Of a DNA stretch of 64,000 nt, positions 9,415 to 20,314 are shown piece by piece. The notes beneath the pieces were generated by a model. The model did not search any database. It saw nothing but the letters and a program-made list of their open reading frames with translations, and was not told the origin of the DNA. The position numbers and the translations under genes were made by a program. The stretch is from Candidatus Poribacteria bacterium (GTDB lineage: Bacteria; Poribacteria; WGA-4E; WGA-3G): the NCBI GenBank assembly GCA_965242965.1, contig OZ251518.1, positions 2,208,001-2,272,000 on the forward strand, written 5' to 3'. The stretch's first letter is position 1, and every line of letters starts with the position of its first letter.

Positions 9415-12400
9415 TTACTCCCGCTGCTTCAATTCACCAAACGTCGTCAACATCCGATTTGCCGCAGAGACAGGACCGCGCAACATACGCAACGCCAAGG
9501 TCTCTCGCTTACCACCCAATGAGACCTCTTCGATCTGGTAGTAATACTCGACTCCCGGCTTCGCAGATGTATCGGTGAACGTGTAAGTTTGACGCTCGCC
9601 TGTCGTGCCGGCACCGGCGATTAAGACAGGATTCAGCAACGTGAAACCACTATCGCGTTTCAAGCTGCGACGCAGATTAAATCCAGCGTTGTCTACCTCA
9701 GATTCGGTTGTCCATGTGACGACAACCGGACCGGCATCGGTACGCGTCACGGTGAAACTTGATAATTCCACCGGCAAGGCACCGCCTTGACGATACCCTG
9801 GTGTCCCGATGTCATCGGCATGGCCATAGTGCAGCGATTCAACTTTAAATTGCTGGAAATACGCCGCAAAAGCCCACCCGGAACGTCTTGTCCCCTTCTC
9901 CGCCACGCCTTTCACATAGCGACGGACAAGCGAACTCCGCGCATCTTCCAAACCGCGCACCGGCACCGCCCACGACGGCGCATCATCGGTACGACGATTG
10001 CCATCGGTGTTACCGACCTCGTCTACCAAATTCCCATTTCTATCGGTGAGTTTCAGATAGAACGCATCGGTGCTCAAGAACGTATCCCGCGCGGTTTTAA
10101 TGCGCAGATTCTTCTCGTGCAAGTCAAGCAGGTTGTAAACCCTATCTGCAGGGAAAACACCCGCCGATGAAGCGCGCGCAGCCCCTGCCACTATCAACAG
10201 CGTCTGATTCGGCTGAATCACCTTCTCCTGCAATGTCAACGTGACAATCGGGCGGCCGACGAGGTCTTCGGAATTTTCATTCTGAATCTCCAACCTCCAG
10301 CGATTCAGATTCAGTGCCTCCGTTTTAGACGCGTTGTAGAGCTCTATCCACTGCGGCAGCGTGCCACCACCCGAATCCAACATGAGTTCGCTAATGGTGA
10401 CTGCACCCTTCGGCGTAGATGCCTCCGTTTTCACCGCGCCATTCGGATAGCCCGGCGTGCCAGATGTCGCCGGAGACTGCGTCACCTTCCTGTCATAGCC
10501 GATACCGGTGAAGGCGGCTTCCGCCCACGCATCTTTATGATACCCGACGATATCCGCTTTCGCGCGCTGCCAGACCTTGCCGGAACTGAGCGCATCCTCG
10601 GTATCTCCACTGGGTGCCTCCAGCACTTGCAAGGGCCAGACATGCGTATCATACAGCCCTTCCTGCTCGCGGACAAACGCATCGGTATCACTGCCGCCGC
10701 CCCCGGCGACATCCACGAACGCTTCGTCCAAACCGAGTTTGTCTTTCGCATTGCGGAGAATGAGGAGGAATTTCCCATCATCGGGCAGCGAGAGACCTGC
10801 GTCCACTAAAGAGGCATGCGATAACCCCTTATTTTCCCCGCCTGCGAGTAGTGTTTTGTCCGGTTCACTGTTCGTTATCAGCAACAGCCCGTTCGCCGGC
10901 ACACTCACATCGGGAAACATAATGAGCGATGTATCCTCTTTTTTGCCATCGGCGACAACAGAGAGCTCCCAGTCTTTGAGAGAGACATCCGAAACGTCGA
11001 CATTGCGGAGCTCTATCCAGTCGTTCGCATCCCCACTGCCATTGCCGAGCTCGTTGAAAACGATGGGCTCGCGAGGCACATCAGAGGCTGGCGACTTCGG
11101 ATCTGACGTTTCCGGCAGGTAAATCACCGACAACACCGGTGTATCCGAGAGATCGAACGTCGGAGGTTCCTGCCGCGTTGTTGGAAACGTCAGCGTGTCT
11201 TCTCGCGTTGTCTTTGGCGGCAGCCTGTCCACCGGTGCTCCCGGCTCTATAGCCGGCGTGGCCTGACCTAACAATTCGTTGCCATCGCCATCGACTACCC
11301 GTGTCCCCTGCGGAATCAATATGCCGCTGGTATCCAGTGACACCGATGTCGCAAAATCACCCGCTTGGATAGGATACGCAAACGGCACGATCGTTGAACC
11401 CCCGCGCTCCGAACCTCTTTGCCACGTCGCGTGCCGCGCATTCGCCAAAACGCGCTCGCCTAAATAGATGACGACATACGGCGGATTGTCTCCTTCGTAA
11501 GTGACACCCTTCTCGTCAAACGACACCTCCACAATCAACTCATCTTCTGCGGTGTAAGCCTCTGCCTCCGACTCGACAATCTTTGGCGTTTCAGTGACAC
11601 GCGGCGGCACCGTGTCAACTGTCACAACTAATGCCTCCGTGGCGGCGGCGTTCGAGAGATATTCTGGGACTGCTACCGTATCATCAACTGCCGCTGCCTC
11701 CTTGACTGCCCCTGCTTCAAGCGTGATGTGCACCTTGCCATCAAAATTGAAGGCAGGCGTGATAACAGCACTGACGGTAGCACTCGGCGATGTCGGTTGA
11801 GAGACAGCCACATCCCAATTCAACGCCGTTCCATCCGCCTGCGTGATGCTGATTTTCCCCGTGTCAAACGGCGATACGACATCGCGGCCAAAAGTAAATT
11901 CAACCGCAAAATCCTCAATCACCAAGCCTGTTTCGCCTCCCCGACGCGCTACCTGCACCGTCGGTGGTGTCACCACGGGAACGGTGAACGTATTCGATGC
12001 CAAGTTGCCGTTCCTCGCCAGATCTTGCGCGACACCCTCTGGCAGCTGAACGGTGACCTCGCCCCTAAAATTGAGCGGCGGCGTGAACGTGGCACGGTGG
12101 ACCTCACTCTGGAACGTATGGTGAAGAGCATCATCGTCAATCCCTTTGTAATTAAAGCCGAGCAACTTCGTTTCAACGCTCCATCCATCGCCGAGAGCCT
12201 TGGCAATTGCATCGGTATCAATGCTTTCTTCTGGTATGTGCTCCGGCACCCCTCGGGCACTGGTATTATTCCAAAAGTGCATATCCACATCAAAGGGACC
12301 CGTTACCGTGCCGGTTTCACCGGCAGCACGTCCAATCTCCACATTCGCCCGGATGGTATCTATCATGTGGCTAAACCCGCCGCTCCAATTCTCAGGAGGT

Positions 12401-13905
12401 TGGCGATTACGGAACTTGGTCGTAACGGCATGCCCGTCAAAGGCATTGCCACCAGCGTCGGTGATTTCATACACTATATTCCACTGCTGGATCATCGAAG
12501 GGACAAACTGCCGAGTATCCAACATGCCATCCGATTGGAGACGGTTCAAACTTGCAAAGGGATGGAAAATCTCGATGCCACCGGTGCCGTAAGCCCAATC
12601 TCCCTCCTTCACCACGTACTCAAACGTTAACTTGTTGTCCGCATCACTCCTCACTGCCATCCGCGTGCCACTGCTCCCGGGCACCACACCGAAAGAGACC
12701 GGTTGCGGTGTGCCGACGAGCGTTGCATATTCGGCAGCATCATTCCCGGAGTGAAGTTTAATCTTCAATTTCGTTTCCGGATTGGCATAGACAGTTTTTG
12801 AAAACTTTATCTGAAACCGAATCGTCTCGCCCACGCCGTAAATACCTAGTGGACGCAGCTGTAATCCCGCCGGGGAAGCGAGGCCGCCCTCAGTAGTGAT
12901 ACATCCCGCAGTTACTAGCAGTTGCTCCAGCTGCTGCTGACCCTGAGACGTTCTTAAATCAGGCCGGCCCGCATTGTGCCATTCGTAGAAACAGGTCTCA
13001 TAAAACGCGGCAAAGCGGCTATCCTCATCTGTCCCCTGTGGCGTGCTCGTAATCGTATACGGGCTGTTTCTGTCCTGGACCCAACGCGATCCTTCCGGCA
13101 AGTTGAAGGCATCGTTCAGGGCTCCGTTGATTCTATAAGGCTCGTCCCAACCGCTAAACGGGGGATCGAAAGTTGGCCGGGACAGCGTCGGCCGGCGACC
13201 ATCTATCCTGGGGTAGTCAAGTGTGCCTGTAAACGTCAGCGTGTCTGAATTGACTGCAGTACCGCCCGCGCGATTAAGCTGCCCTCCCGTCAACGGCGTA
13301 GTATTGAACCAGCCGCCATCAAGGTCCAAGTCACCGGTTCTCACCTTATAGTTGTAGATGACGGTATACTCGGTGAACTCGGTGCGGCCTTGTAAATGAT
13401 CACCGTTAAAGTAGTGGTTGTGGTATTGCGTACCGGAAACAGGACCTCCAGCATCCCAAGATATATCCAGGTGCGTCCGAAACCAAAAGGTATTCACAGG
13501 TCCGACACGAATTGCAATCGCGAGGATATCCCCCGCTATAAGGGGAGGAGTCGCCGACGTTATAGGAATACCGCCGACAGGGGTGCCGGTGCTATCAAGA
13601 GGAACGTAGCCGTTAATGACACCTTGGCTCGCCTTCCAGTAGTTAGTGCCCGGCCCTCCGTAACCGCCATAGTTACTGGGCTTAAAATCTGCTGGCGGCC
13701 AAACACCGGAAACCGTTTGGCGTTGTCCAGTATTGTCCGTCGCCTTCGCCTTAAGCGCGCTCTCCGGAATTAGGTAAAACTCAATCCCTTTGATTTCGGG
13801 TGCCTGTGCCTCGGCTACCTCCGGGACAGCGAGCCCGAAGCCAACCCCCGCGAGCATCAAGAAGATGAAAAATCTCGCTTGCAAAAAAAGCCATTTCTTC
13901 TGCAT
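9415..13905 (-). CDS. Large secreted protein with Ig-like and two lamin-tail-like domains
   Basis: Signal peptide ending AEA-Q; IVFNEL..DWIELRN and VTISELM..QWIELYN repeats with GTPG; C-terminal LPVELSSF..WTTESE..GFN module; AAGGAGG RBS. Confidence 0.8.
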   Translation of the reverse strand: MQKKWLFLQARFFIFLMLAGVGFGLAVPEVAEAQAPEIKGIEFYLIPESALKAKATDNTGQRQTVSGVWPPADFKPSNYGGYGGPGTNYWKASQGVINGYVPLDSTGTPVGGIPITSATPPLIAGDILAIAIRVGPVNTFWFRTHLDISWDAGGPVSGTQYHNHYFNGDHLQGRTEFTEYTVIYNYKVRTGDLDLDGGWFNTTPLTGGQLNRAGGTAVNSDTLTFTGTLDYPRIDGRRPTLSRPTFDPPFSGWDEPYRINGALNDAFNLPEGSRWVQDRNSPYTITSTPQGTDEDSRFAAFYETCFYEWHNAGRPDLRTSQGQQQLEQLLVTAGCITTEGGLASPAGLQLRPLGIYGVGETIRFQIKFSKTVYANPETKLKIKLHSGNDAAEYATLVGTPQPVSFGVVPGSSGTRMAVRSDADNKLTFEYVVKEGDWAYGTGGIEIFHPFASLNRLQSDGMLDTRQFVPSMIQQWNIVYEITDAGGNAFDGHAVTTKFRNRQPPENWSGGFSHMIDTIRANVEIGRAAGETGTVTGPFDVDMHFWNNTSARGVPEHIPEESIDTDAIAKALGDGWSVETKLLGFNYKGIDDDALHHTFQSEVHRATFTPPLNFRGEVTVQLPEGVAQDLARNGNLASNTFTVPVVTPPTVQVARRGGETGLVIEDFAVEFTFGRDVVSPFDTGKISITQADGTALNWDVAVSQPTSPSATVSAVITPAFNFDGKVHITLEAGAVKEAAAVDDTVAVPEYLSNAAATEALVVTVDTVPPRVTETPKIVESEAEAYTAEDELIVEVSFDEKGVTYEGDNPPYVVIYLGERVLANARHATWQRGSERGGSTIVPFAYPIQAGDFATSVSLDTSGILIPQGTRVVDGDGNELLGQATPAIEPGAPVDRLPPKTTREDTLTFPTTRQEPPTFDLSDTPVLSVIYLPETSDPKSPASDVPREPIVFNELGNGSGDANDWIELRNVDVSDVSLKDWELSVVADGKKEDTSLIMFPDVSVPANGLLLITNSEPDKTLLAGGENKGLSHASLVDAGLSLPDDGKFLLILRNAKDKLGLDEAFVDVAGGGGSDTDAFVREQEGLYDTHVWPLQVLEAPSGDTEDALSSGKVWQRAKADIVGYHKDAWAEAAFTGIGYDRKVTQSPATSGTPGYPNGAVKTEASTPKGAVTISELMLDSGGGTLPQWIELYNASKTEALNLNRWRLEIQNENSEDLVGRPIVTLTLQEKVIQPNQTLLIVAGAARASSAGVFPADRVYNLLDLHEKNLRIKTARDTFLSTDAFYLKLTDRNGNLVDEVGNTDGNRRTDDAPSWAVPVRGLEDARSSLVRRYVKGVAEKGTRRSGWAFAAYFQQFKVESLHYGHADDIGTPGYRQGGALPVELSSFTVTRTDAGPVVVTWTTESEVDNAGFNLRRSLKRDSGFTLLNPVLIAGAGTTGERQTYTFTDTSAKPGVEYYYQIEEVSLGGKRETLALRMLRGPVSAANRMLTTFGELKQRE

Positions 13906-14582
13906 TGAAAATTCCTCCTTAAAAATAGAATTAAATTGATAGGGGTAGTTGCCACTTTTGCGGCGGCTCTCCCCATTGTTCTTAAGGTATCAGGGCATCT
14001 TTCTGAGTGGTGCTTGGAAAGATGCGTGTGTTCTGAAAGGCTAGCGATGAACGTGTGTGGGCGCGGTGGAACGCGAAAAGCCCCTCGGGGCTGTCCCCAA
14101 GAGGTAAGACCTCCTGGGCGCGAGGGGAGCCGAGGGGCAAAGCGAGAGTCGCGCGTGAGCCGCGCGCGTGCAAAACACGGGTAGGCGCGCTTTAGCGGCG
14201 CGCAAGTTTTCATCGTATGGCCATTCAGAGATAGGATATTTTGCCCCGGGGATGGGGCGGAAGTGTCCCCCCGGTTCGCCTTCCCGTCGAGAGCCGTAGT
14301 GGTTAACGGCTGTATATGAAGGGGGGGGGTCTTTCGGTCTGTGCGGTGTCAACGGAGCGCGTGAACGTGCGTGCGGCATGCGGCCGCGCGTTCAGGGCTG
14401 TCTGCAGTTGGATTTCGCCATGTATAGCAAAGCGTTTCGTCACTTGCATAGGATTCTCCATTGCGTTTCGTTGAAAACTCGCACCAAATCAACAATCAGG
14501 ACGCAAATGCCATCATTTTCCATCGGCAGGCGCAACTTCAAATCGCGCCTGCAGGCGTATCAATTCTGCGTCCATTGTATAT

Positions 14583-14611
14583 AGTATACCACATTTTCAA
14601 ACGTTTGTCAA
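14583..14611 (-). promoter_or_regulatory. Near-consensus sigma70 promoter
   Basis: TTGACA-17bp-TATACT with TG extension, pointing toward the 1496-aa gene. Confidence 0.7.
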
Positions 14612-14689
14612 ATTTTTTTGTAAAAAAAGTGATATTTTTTGGATATTCGCGAAAAAATCCTATAAATCCTATAATTTTGTCTATGGCGT

Positions 14690-15615
14690 ATCGGGACAAG
14701 GATGTCCCTCCTACCCAAACGCATATCGGGACAAGGATGTCCCTCCTACCCAAACCCGTAGGAGAGACCTCCCGGTCTCGATGCAACTTTCGGTAGGAGA
14801 CCGTAGTTCGGGAGCGCCTGATCCCGAACGGCGCATGGCGAGGAGAACCCCTTCCGGGCCCGTAGCGCGGGGGTCTGTCCCCCGCGATCGCCCGCGTGCC
14901 CCAGAGACTGTAGTTCGGGAGCACCTGCTCCCGAACGGGTCAAGAGCAGGCACTCTTGACCTACAGAGGTGATGCGCGCACGCGTGCCCGAGGGCACGGC
15001 GAGGGACAGGCCCTCGCCCTACGGTAAACGGCACGTTTTTTCACCGTAGCGCGGGGGCCTGTCCCCCGCGATCGCTCGATCTGCGCGAAAAACGCACGCA
15101 GACTAAGGGCGTTTTCCCGACCGAGGCATGGCGAGGGACAGGCCCTCGCCCTACGGTATGCGTGGCGTTTTTTTCACCGTAGGGCGGGGGCCTGTCCCCC
15201 GCGATCGTTCGCGTGCCCCAGAGACCGTAGTTCGGGAGCACCTGCTCCCGAACGGGTCAAGAGCAGGCGCTCTTGCCCTACAGAGGGGATGCGCGCACGC
15301 GGGCCCGACGGCACGGCGAGGGACAGGCCCTCGCCCTACGGTGAAAGGAGACGGCCTTGCATACCGTAGCGCGGGGGCCCTCGCCTGCCACACGCGCAGG
15401 CGAGCGGGTTTCCCCCGCGATTGCCAGACCCGCGCGAAAAACGCACGCCAGCCAAAGCCGTTTTCCCGACCGTTGCATGGCGAGGGACAGGCCCTCGCCC
15501 TACGGTAAGCGGCACGTTTTTTCACCGTAGCGCGGGGGCCTGCCCCCCCGCGGTGGATACCGCATCCTCAGATGCTATAATCTTGTAAATCCTATAATCT
15601 TGCAAATCCTGATTC
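14690..15615. repeat. Large mixed REP cluster
   Basis: Many GTAG palindromes of several sequence types; 9-mer ATAATCTTG/TAAATCCT units at the right end. Confidence 0.9.
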
Positions 15616-15813
15616 AGACAATTGGGCGCACGGAGGACAGGCGGAGATACAAATCCATCTTTCCCGACAATACGCTTGACTTAAAATACGTTTTTTTATA
15701 CAATAGACTCAAATTCGCCGAACACCGTAGAGCGAGGATCTCAAAGTCACTAGTTTCAGAGGGTTTCCCTCGCAAAGTTTCCGCCATTTGATAGCAAAAA
15801 GGAGGAACTAAAC

Positions 15814-16599
15814 ATGCGACCTCTTAATATAATTTGGCTGAATATAATTTGGCTCTGCCTACTTTTCGCGAGTATGCCTGCATCAGCGGCAGTTGATGAA
15901 AACACCGTCGCTGTCTGGCTATTTGAGGAAGGAGGCGGCAAAGTCGTGAAAGATGCTTCCGGCAACGGACACGATGCCAAATTCGCCGGCAGCCCGAAAT
16001 GGGTAAAGGCGAAATTCGGCACAGGGTTAGAATTCCCCGGTGATGCCGGCGGCTACCTCATCGTGGAGTCTACCAAAAAACTGGAATTGGAGACGCTCAC
16101 GGTGGAAGCCTGGGTGAAAGTCAAGAAGGCTACCGGCAAATGGCAAGGCATCATCTGCAAACAGCAAGCCGGTTGCACGAACCGAAATTACGGCATCTGG
16201 GTGAACGTCAACACCAACGTCTTGCACGCGCAAATCGGCGCGAACGGCGCGTGCGCGTTTAGCATCGATGGCACGACTACCATCACCGATGACGATTGGC
16301 ACCACCTCGCCTTCACCTACGATGGAGATATGGGGCGCGTTTACGTCGACGGTAACCTAGAAACCGAGGCACCTAACGCCGCCACTTTTCAGAGCGGCGA
16401 TCCGATTACCATCGGCGTACCGAATGTTGACAACGCCAACGGACTGATGGGTATCATCGAAGAAGCGCGCATTTCCAACGTCGCGCGCACCGAAGAAGAA
16501 ATTCAGGAAGCGATGGATGTCGGCTTAGCGCAGATACTCAGCGTTGAACCGGGCGGCAAACTCGCCACACGCTGGGCATATCTGAAAATGACACGCTGA
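15814..16599 (+). CDS. Secreted LamG/concanavalin-like domain protein
   Basis: Signal peptide; WLFEEG..DASGNGHD, TVEAWV, WHHLAFTYDG..YVDG; C-terminal VEPGGKLATRWAYLK. Confidence 0.88.
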   Translation: MRPLNIIWLNIIWLCLLFASMPASAAVDENTVAVWLFEEGGGKVVKDASGNGHDAKFAGSPKWVKAKFGTGLEFPGDAGGYLIVESTKKLELETLTVEAWVKVKKATGKWQGIICKQQAGCTNRNYGIWVNVNTNVLHAQIGANGACAFSIDGTTTITDDDWHHLAFTYDGDMGRVYVDGNLETEAPNAATFQSGDPITIGVPNVDNANGLMGIIEEARISNVARTEEEIQEAMDVGLAQILSVEPGGKLATRWAYLKMTR

Positions 16600-16607
16600 C
16601 TCCCGCC

Positions 16608-17053
16608 TCGCGAGGGCCTGTCCCTCGCGAACGTGACATGCTCAATACCGTAGCGCGAGGGCCTGTCCCTCGCGATCGCTAGTTTTTTGTAGTTCGGGAG
16701 CGCCTGCTCCCGAACGGGTCAGGATCAGGCGATCCTGACCTACAGAGGTGAGGAGGTCTGACGGCCAAACGCATGGCGAGGGACAGGTTTTCCCACCGCC
16801 CTACGTGAAGGGATGGCGTTTTTTTCACCGTAGCGCGAGGGCCTGTCCCTCGCGATCGTTAGTTCTTTGTAGTTCGGGAGCGCCTGCTCCCGAACGGGTC
16901 AGGATCGTTTGGCAAATATGCCAGAACTTCAGACGATCCTGCCCTACAGGGGTGAGGCGGTCTGCCAGCAAAACGCATGGCGAGGGACAGGCCCCCGCCC
17001 TACGTGAAGGGGTGACGTTTTTTACCGTAGCGCGAGGGCCTGTCCCTCGCGAT
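16608..17053. repeat. REP cluster
   Basis: GTAGCGCGAGGGCCTGTCCCTCGCG and GTAGTTCGGGAGCGCCTGCTCCCGAAC copies in a duplicated unit. Confidence 0.9.
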
Positions 17054-17084
17054 CGTGAACTGATAAACAATAAGGAGAAATCCA

Positions 17085-18299
17085 TTGAAAAAAATAACTT
17101 ACACGTGCCTACTGCTTTTATGCATCACCCCGTTCGCCTTCGGACAAGGCTTGCCGATGGCGGTGCCGGAGGAACTCGGCATTTCAACCGAACGCCTCCA
17201 ACGCATCAAACCCGCCATGCAAGAATACGTCGATGAAGGCCACGCGCCCGGTTTCTTAACTGCCATCGCGCGGCACGGGAAAATCGTGCATTTTGAAACC
17301 GTCGGCCTGCGCGATATCGAAAATAGCAAACCCGTAGAACCGGATACAATCTTCCGCATCTACTCCATGTCAAAACCAATAACCAGTGTCGCCGCGATGA
17401 TGCTCTACGAGGAAGGACGCTTCCAATTGGATACGCCGGTTGCCGAATTCATCCCCGAATTTGAGAACATGAAGGCATACAACGAAGACCAGACGGAAAT
17501 CAGGGATGCCGAGAAACCGATAACCGTCAAGCATCTCCTGACGCACACCGCCGGGTTCACTTACGGCTGGGGCAACAAACCCGTTGACAAACTCTACGGG
17601 CAAGCGTCACTTCTTAAGTCTAGCAAAAACTTAACCGAGATGGTGCAAAATTTGGCACAAATCCCGCTCGTTCACGAACCCGGTGAAGAGTGGACTTACG
17701 GGGTCTCCACCGATGTGCTCGGTTATCTCGTTGAAGTCGCCGCCGAAATGCCGTTTGAGGAGTTCTTACAGACGCGGATTTTTCAGCCCCTCGGCATGGT
17801 AGACACCGGGTTTTCCGTGCCATCGGAAAAGACGCACAGGTTTGCGGCGTTGTATCGGTTCTCGAAAGAGGAGGGAATGAAACTAGGGCAGGCATCCCCT
17901 CTCACAAACGAGGAACTCAGTTTCTTCCCAGCGGGTGGTAGCGGACTTGTCTCCACCACGGCGGATTACCTGCGCTTTTCCCAAATGCTCCTTAACGGCG
18001 GCGAGTTGGACGGGGTGCGCATCTTAAGCAAAGAAACGGTGGAACTGATGCGGCAGCCACATCATCGATGGGGAAAAGGCGGCGGGTTCGGGCTCGGCTT
18101 TTCTGTCGTCATGGAGGTGAATCTGGAGAAGAGTCCCGTATCGGTGGGGAGTTTCAGTTGGGGTGGTGCCGCGGCGACTACCTTCTGGATCGATCCGGAA
18201 AAGGAGCTCATCGGCGTGTTGATGACGCAGCTGATGAATAATCCTCATCCTTTCCAGCATGAATTTAAGGTGTTGACGTATGAGGCTTTGATGGATTGA
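17085..18299 (+). CDS. Serine hydrolase, beta-lactamase (class C-like) family, secreted
   Basis: FRIYSMSK (SxxK), HLLTHTAG, WGGAA; N-terminal signal peptide; TTG start after AAGGAG. Confidence 0.88.
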   Translation: MKKITYTCLLLLCITPFAFGQGLPMAVPEELGISTERLQRIKPAMQEYVDEGHAPGFLTAIARHGKIVHFETVGLRDIENSKPVEPDTIFRIYSMSKPITSVAAMMLYEEGRFQLDTPVAEFIPEFENMKAYNEDQTEIRDAEKPITVKHLLTHTAGFTYGWGNKPVDKLYGQASLLKSSKNLTEMVQNLAQIPLVHEPGEEWTYGVSTDVLGYLVEVAAEMPFEEFLQTRIFQPLGMVDTGFSVPSEKTHRFAALYRFSKEEGMKLGQASPLTNEELSFFPAGGSGLVSTTADYLRFSQMLLNGGELDGVRILSKETVELMRQPHHRWGKGGGFGLGFSVVMEVNLEKSPVSVGSFSWGGAAATTFWIDPEKELIGVLMTQLMNNPHPFQHEFKVLTYEALMD

Positions 18300-18324
18300 A
18301 GGGGCATTACCGTAACCGAGGCCT

Positions 18325-18540
18325 GGCGAGGGACAGGCCCTCGCCCTACGCGGAGGAGCGGCACTATCCCTTACCGTAGCGCGGGGGCCTGTCCCCCGCG
18401 GTGCTACGATGGACCCAGCCCCCTCTGTAGTTCGGGATCGCCCGATCCCGAACGGGGCAGGATCAGGCGATCCTGCCCTACAGAGGGGATGCGGTCTGCC
18501 AGCCAAACGCCCGGCGAGGGACAGGCCCTCGCCCTACGGA
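18325..18540. repeat. REP cluster
   Basis: GTAG palindromes as above. Confidence 0.88.
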
Positions 18541-18632
18541 TTGAAGAAGCACTGCCCCGCGAAACTTCCCTTGACTTAAAATCCGCTATCAAATAAAATA
18601 AACGCATACAGACCAAAACATTAGGAGGCACC

Positions 18633-19811
18633 ATGACAATATGCCACGGACTCCCGCGCGCCATTCCCGAAGAAGTAGGAATGTCAGCAGCGCGGTTAAA
18701 ACGCATCGCCCCGGTGATGCAACGCCACATCGACGAAGGAACCATCTCCGGCGCGTTAACCATGATAGCGCGCGAAGGAAAACTCGTCCATTTTGAGAAA
18801 CTCGGCATGCGCGACATCGCCGCAGCGAAACCGATGGAATTTGATACCATCTTCCGCATCTATTCCATGACGAAGCCGATTACCAGCGTCGCCGTGATGA
18901 TGCTTTACGAAGAAGGGCATTTCCAACTGAACGCGCCGATATCCGAATTCATTCCCGCCTTCAAAGACATGAAGGTTTACAGCGAAGATCAGACGGAAAT
19001 TGTCGATGCTGAGCCCGAGATGACGATAAAGCATCTGCTCACGCATACCGCCGGGCTCATCTACGGCGGTGATAGTGGTAGCCCGATTGATCTGGCGTAT
19101 CAAGACGCGAATTTCTTCGATGCAACGCTTGAATCAATGGCGCAGAGACTGGGAGCCATTCCGCTGCTGCACCACCCCGGTGCGGCATGGACTTACGGCA
19201 TGTCCACCGATGTGCTAGGATACCTTGTGGAAGTCGTGTCCGGGATGCCGTTTGAAACCTTCTTGCAGACGCGCATTTTCGAGCCGATGGGAATGGTAGA
19301 CACCGGCTTCTCTGTGCCAGAAGAAAACGCAGACCGGTATGCCACACTCTATGAACAAACTGAAAACGGCGGCATTCAGGTGGTAGAGCAAGCACCGGTT
19401 TCAACGGGTCCGCTGAGTTTCCCGCCATCAGGTGGTGGAGGACTTCAGTCAACCGCCGCCGATTACCTGCGCTTCTGCCAGATGTTGCTCAACAACGGCG
19501 AACTTGACGGCGAACGCCTCCTCGGTTCAAAGACGGTGGAGCTCATGCGGATAAATCATGTTGACGATGCTTGGCAGCCGTTGGAGAGAGAGGGGTGCGG
19601 TTTCGGGCTTGGGTTCGCGGTCGTCACAGACCTGGCGGAGACACATGCCCTCGGTTCGGAAGGCACTTTTAGTTGGGGCGGTTTGGCACGGACAACGTTT
19701 TGGATCGATCCGGTGGAAGAGCTCATCGCCGTATTCATGACGCAGCTCCTCGGCGATGCGCAGTTCCACGCGCAGTTCCGGGTGCTGACGTATCAGGCGA
19801 TTATTGATTAA
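18633..19811 (+). CDS. Serine hydrolase, beta-lactamase (class C-like) family
   Basis: FRIYSMTK, HLLTHTAG, WGGLA; paralogue of 17085-18299 without signal peptide; TTGACT-17-TAAAAT promoter at 18571. Confidence 0.88.
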   Translation: MTICHGLPRAIPEEVGMSAARLKRIAPVMQRHIDEGTISGALTMIAREGKLVHFEKLGMRDIAAAKPMEFDTIFRIYSMTKPITSVAVMMLYEEGHFQLNAPISEFIPAFKDMKVYSEDQTEIVDAEPEMTIKHLLTHTAGLIYGGDSGSPIDLAYQDANFFDATLESMAQRLGAIPLLHHPGAAWTYGMSTDVLGYLVEVVSGMPFETFLQTRIFEPMGMVDTGFSVPEENADRYATLYEQTENGGIQVVEQAPVSTGPLSFPPSGGGGLQSTAADYLRFCQMLLNNGELDGERLLGSKTVELMRINHVDDAWQPLEREGCGFGLGFAVVTDLAETHALGSEGTFSWGGLARTTFWIDPVEELIAVFMTQLLGDAQFHAQFRVLTYQAIID

Positions 19812-19819
19812 TTGAAAGA

Positions 19820-20286
19820 TCGCGGGGGACAGGCCCCCGCGCTACGGTGAAGGGGGGTATCCCGCGCGACGTAGGGCGAGGGCCTGTCCCTCGCCATGCC
19901 AAGAAGAGAGGGCGATTTTGATTCATTAAACGATCGCGGGGGACAGGCCCCCGCGCTACGCGGAAGGGATAATGCCTCTTCAATCCGTAGGGCGAGGGCC
20001 TGTCCCTCGCCATGCCAAACGGAAAAAAATTGATTCATTAAACGATCGCGGGGGACAGGCCCCCGCGCTACGGTAGAAGAACGGTCTCCGCGCATCGTAG
20101 GGCGAGGGCCTGTCCCTCGCCATGCCAAACGGAAAGAGAAATTGATTAATGGAACGATCGCGGGGGACAGGCCCCCGCGCTACGCGGAAGGGATAATGCC
20201 TCTTCAATCCGTAGGGCGAGGGCCTGTCCCTCGCCATGCCAAACGTACCCCGCGTTACGTAGGGCGAGGGCCTGTCCCTCGCCATG
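19820..20286. repeat. Tandem array of REP doublets (BIME/REPIN-like)
   Basis: About four units of CGCGGGGGACAGGCCCCCGCGCTACG-N-CGTAGGGCGAGGGCCTGTCCCTCGCCATGC. Confidence 0.9.
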
Positions 20287-20314
20287 CACAGCATAAGAAA
20301 AAAGGAAACTCATC

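Noticed and set aside
13857-14584. Overlapping 60-118 aa ORFs; also RNase P, tmRNA or group II intron
   Set aside because: No RBS or protein motifs; the hallmark RNA motifs were not found, so it is kept only as an unknown structured region
15705-15800. Possible riboswitch before the LamG gene
   Set aside because: Only short stems (TCAAAT/ATTTGA, GCGAGG/CCTCGC) and no recognisable aptamer motif
19820-20286. Possible CRISPR array
   Set aside because: Two alternating inverted repeats, a reused spacer (GGAAGGGATAATGCCTCTTCAATC twice), the same repeats scattered across the window, and no cas genes
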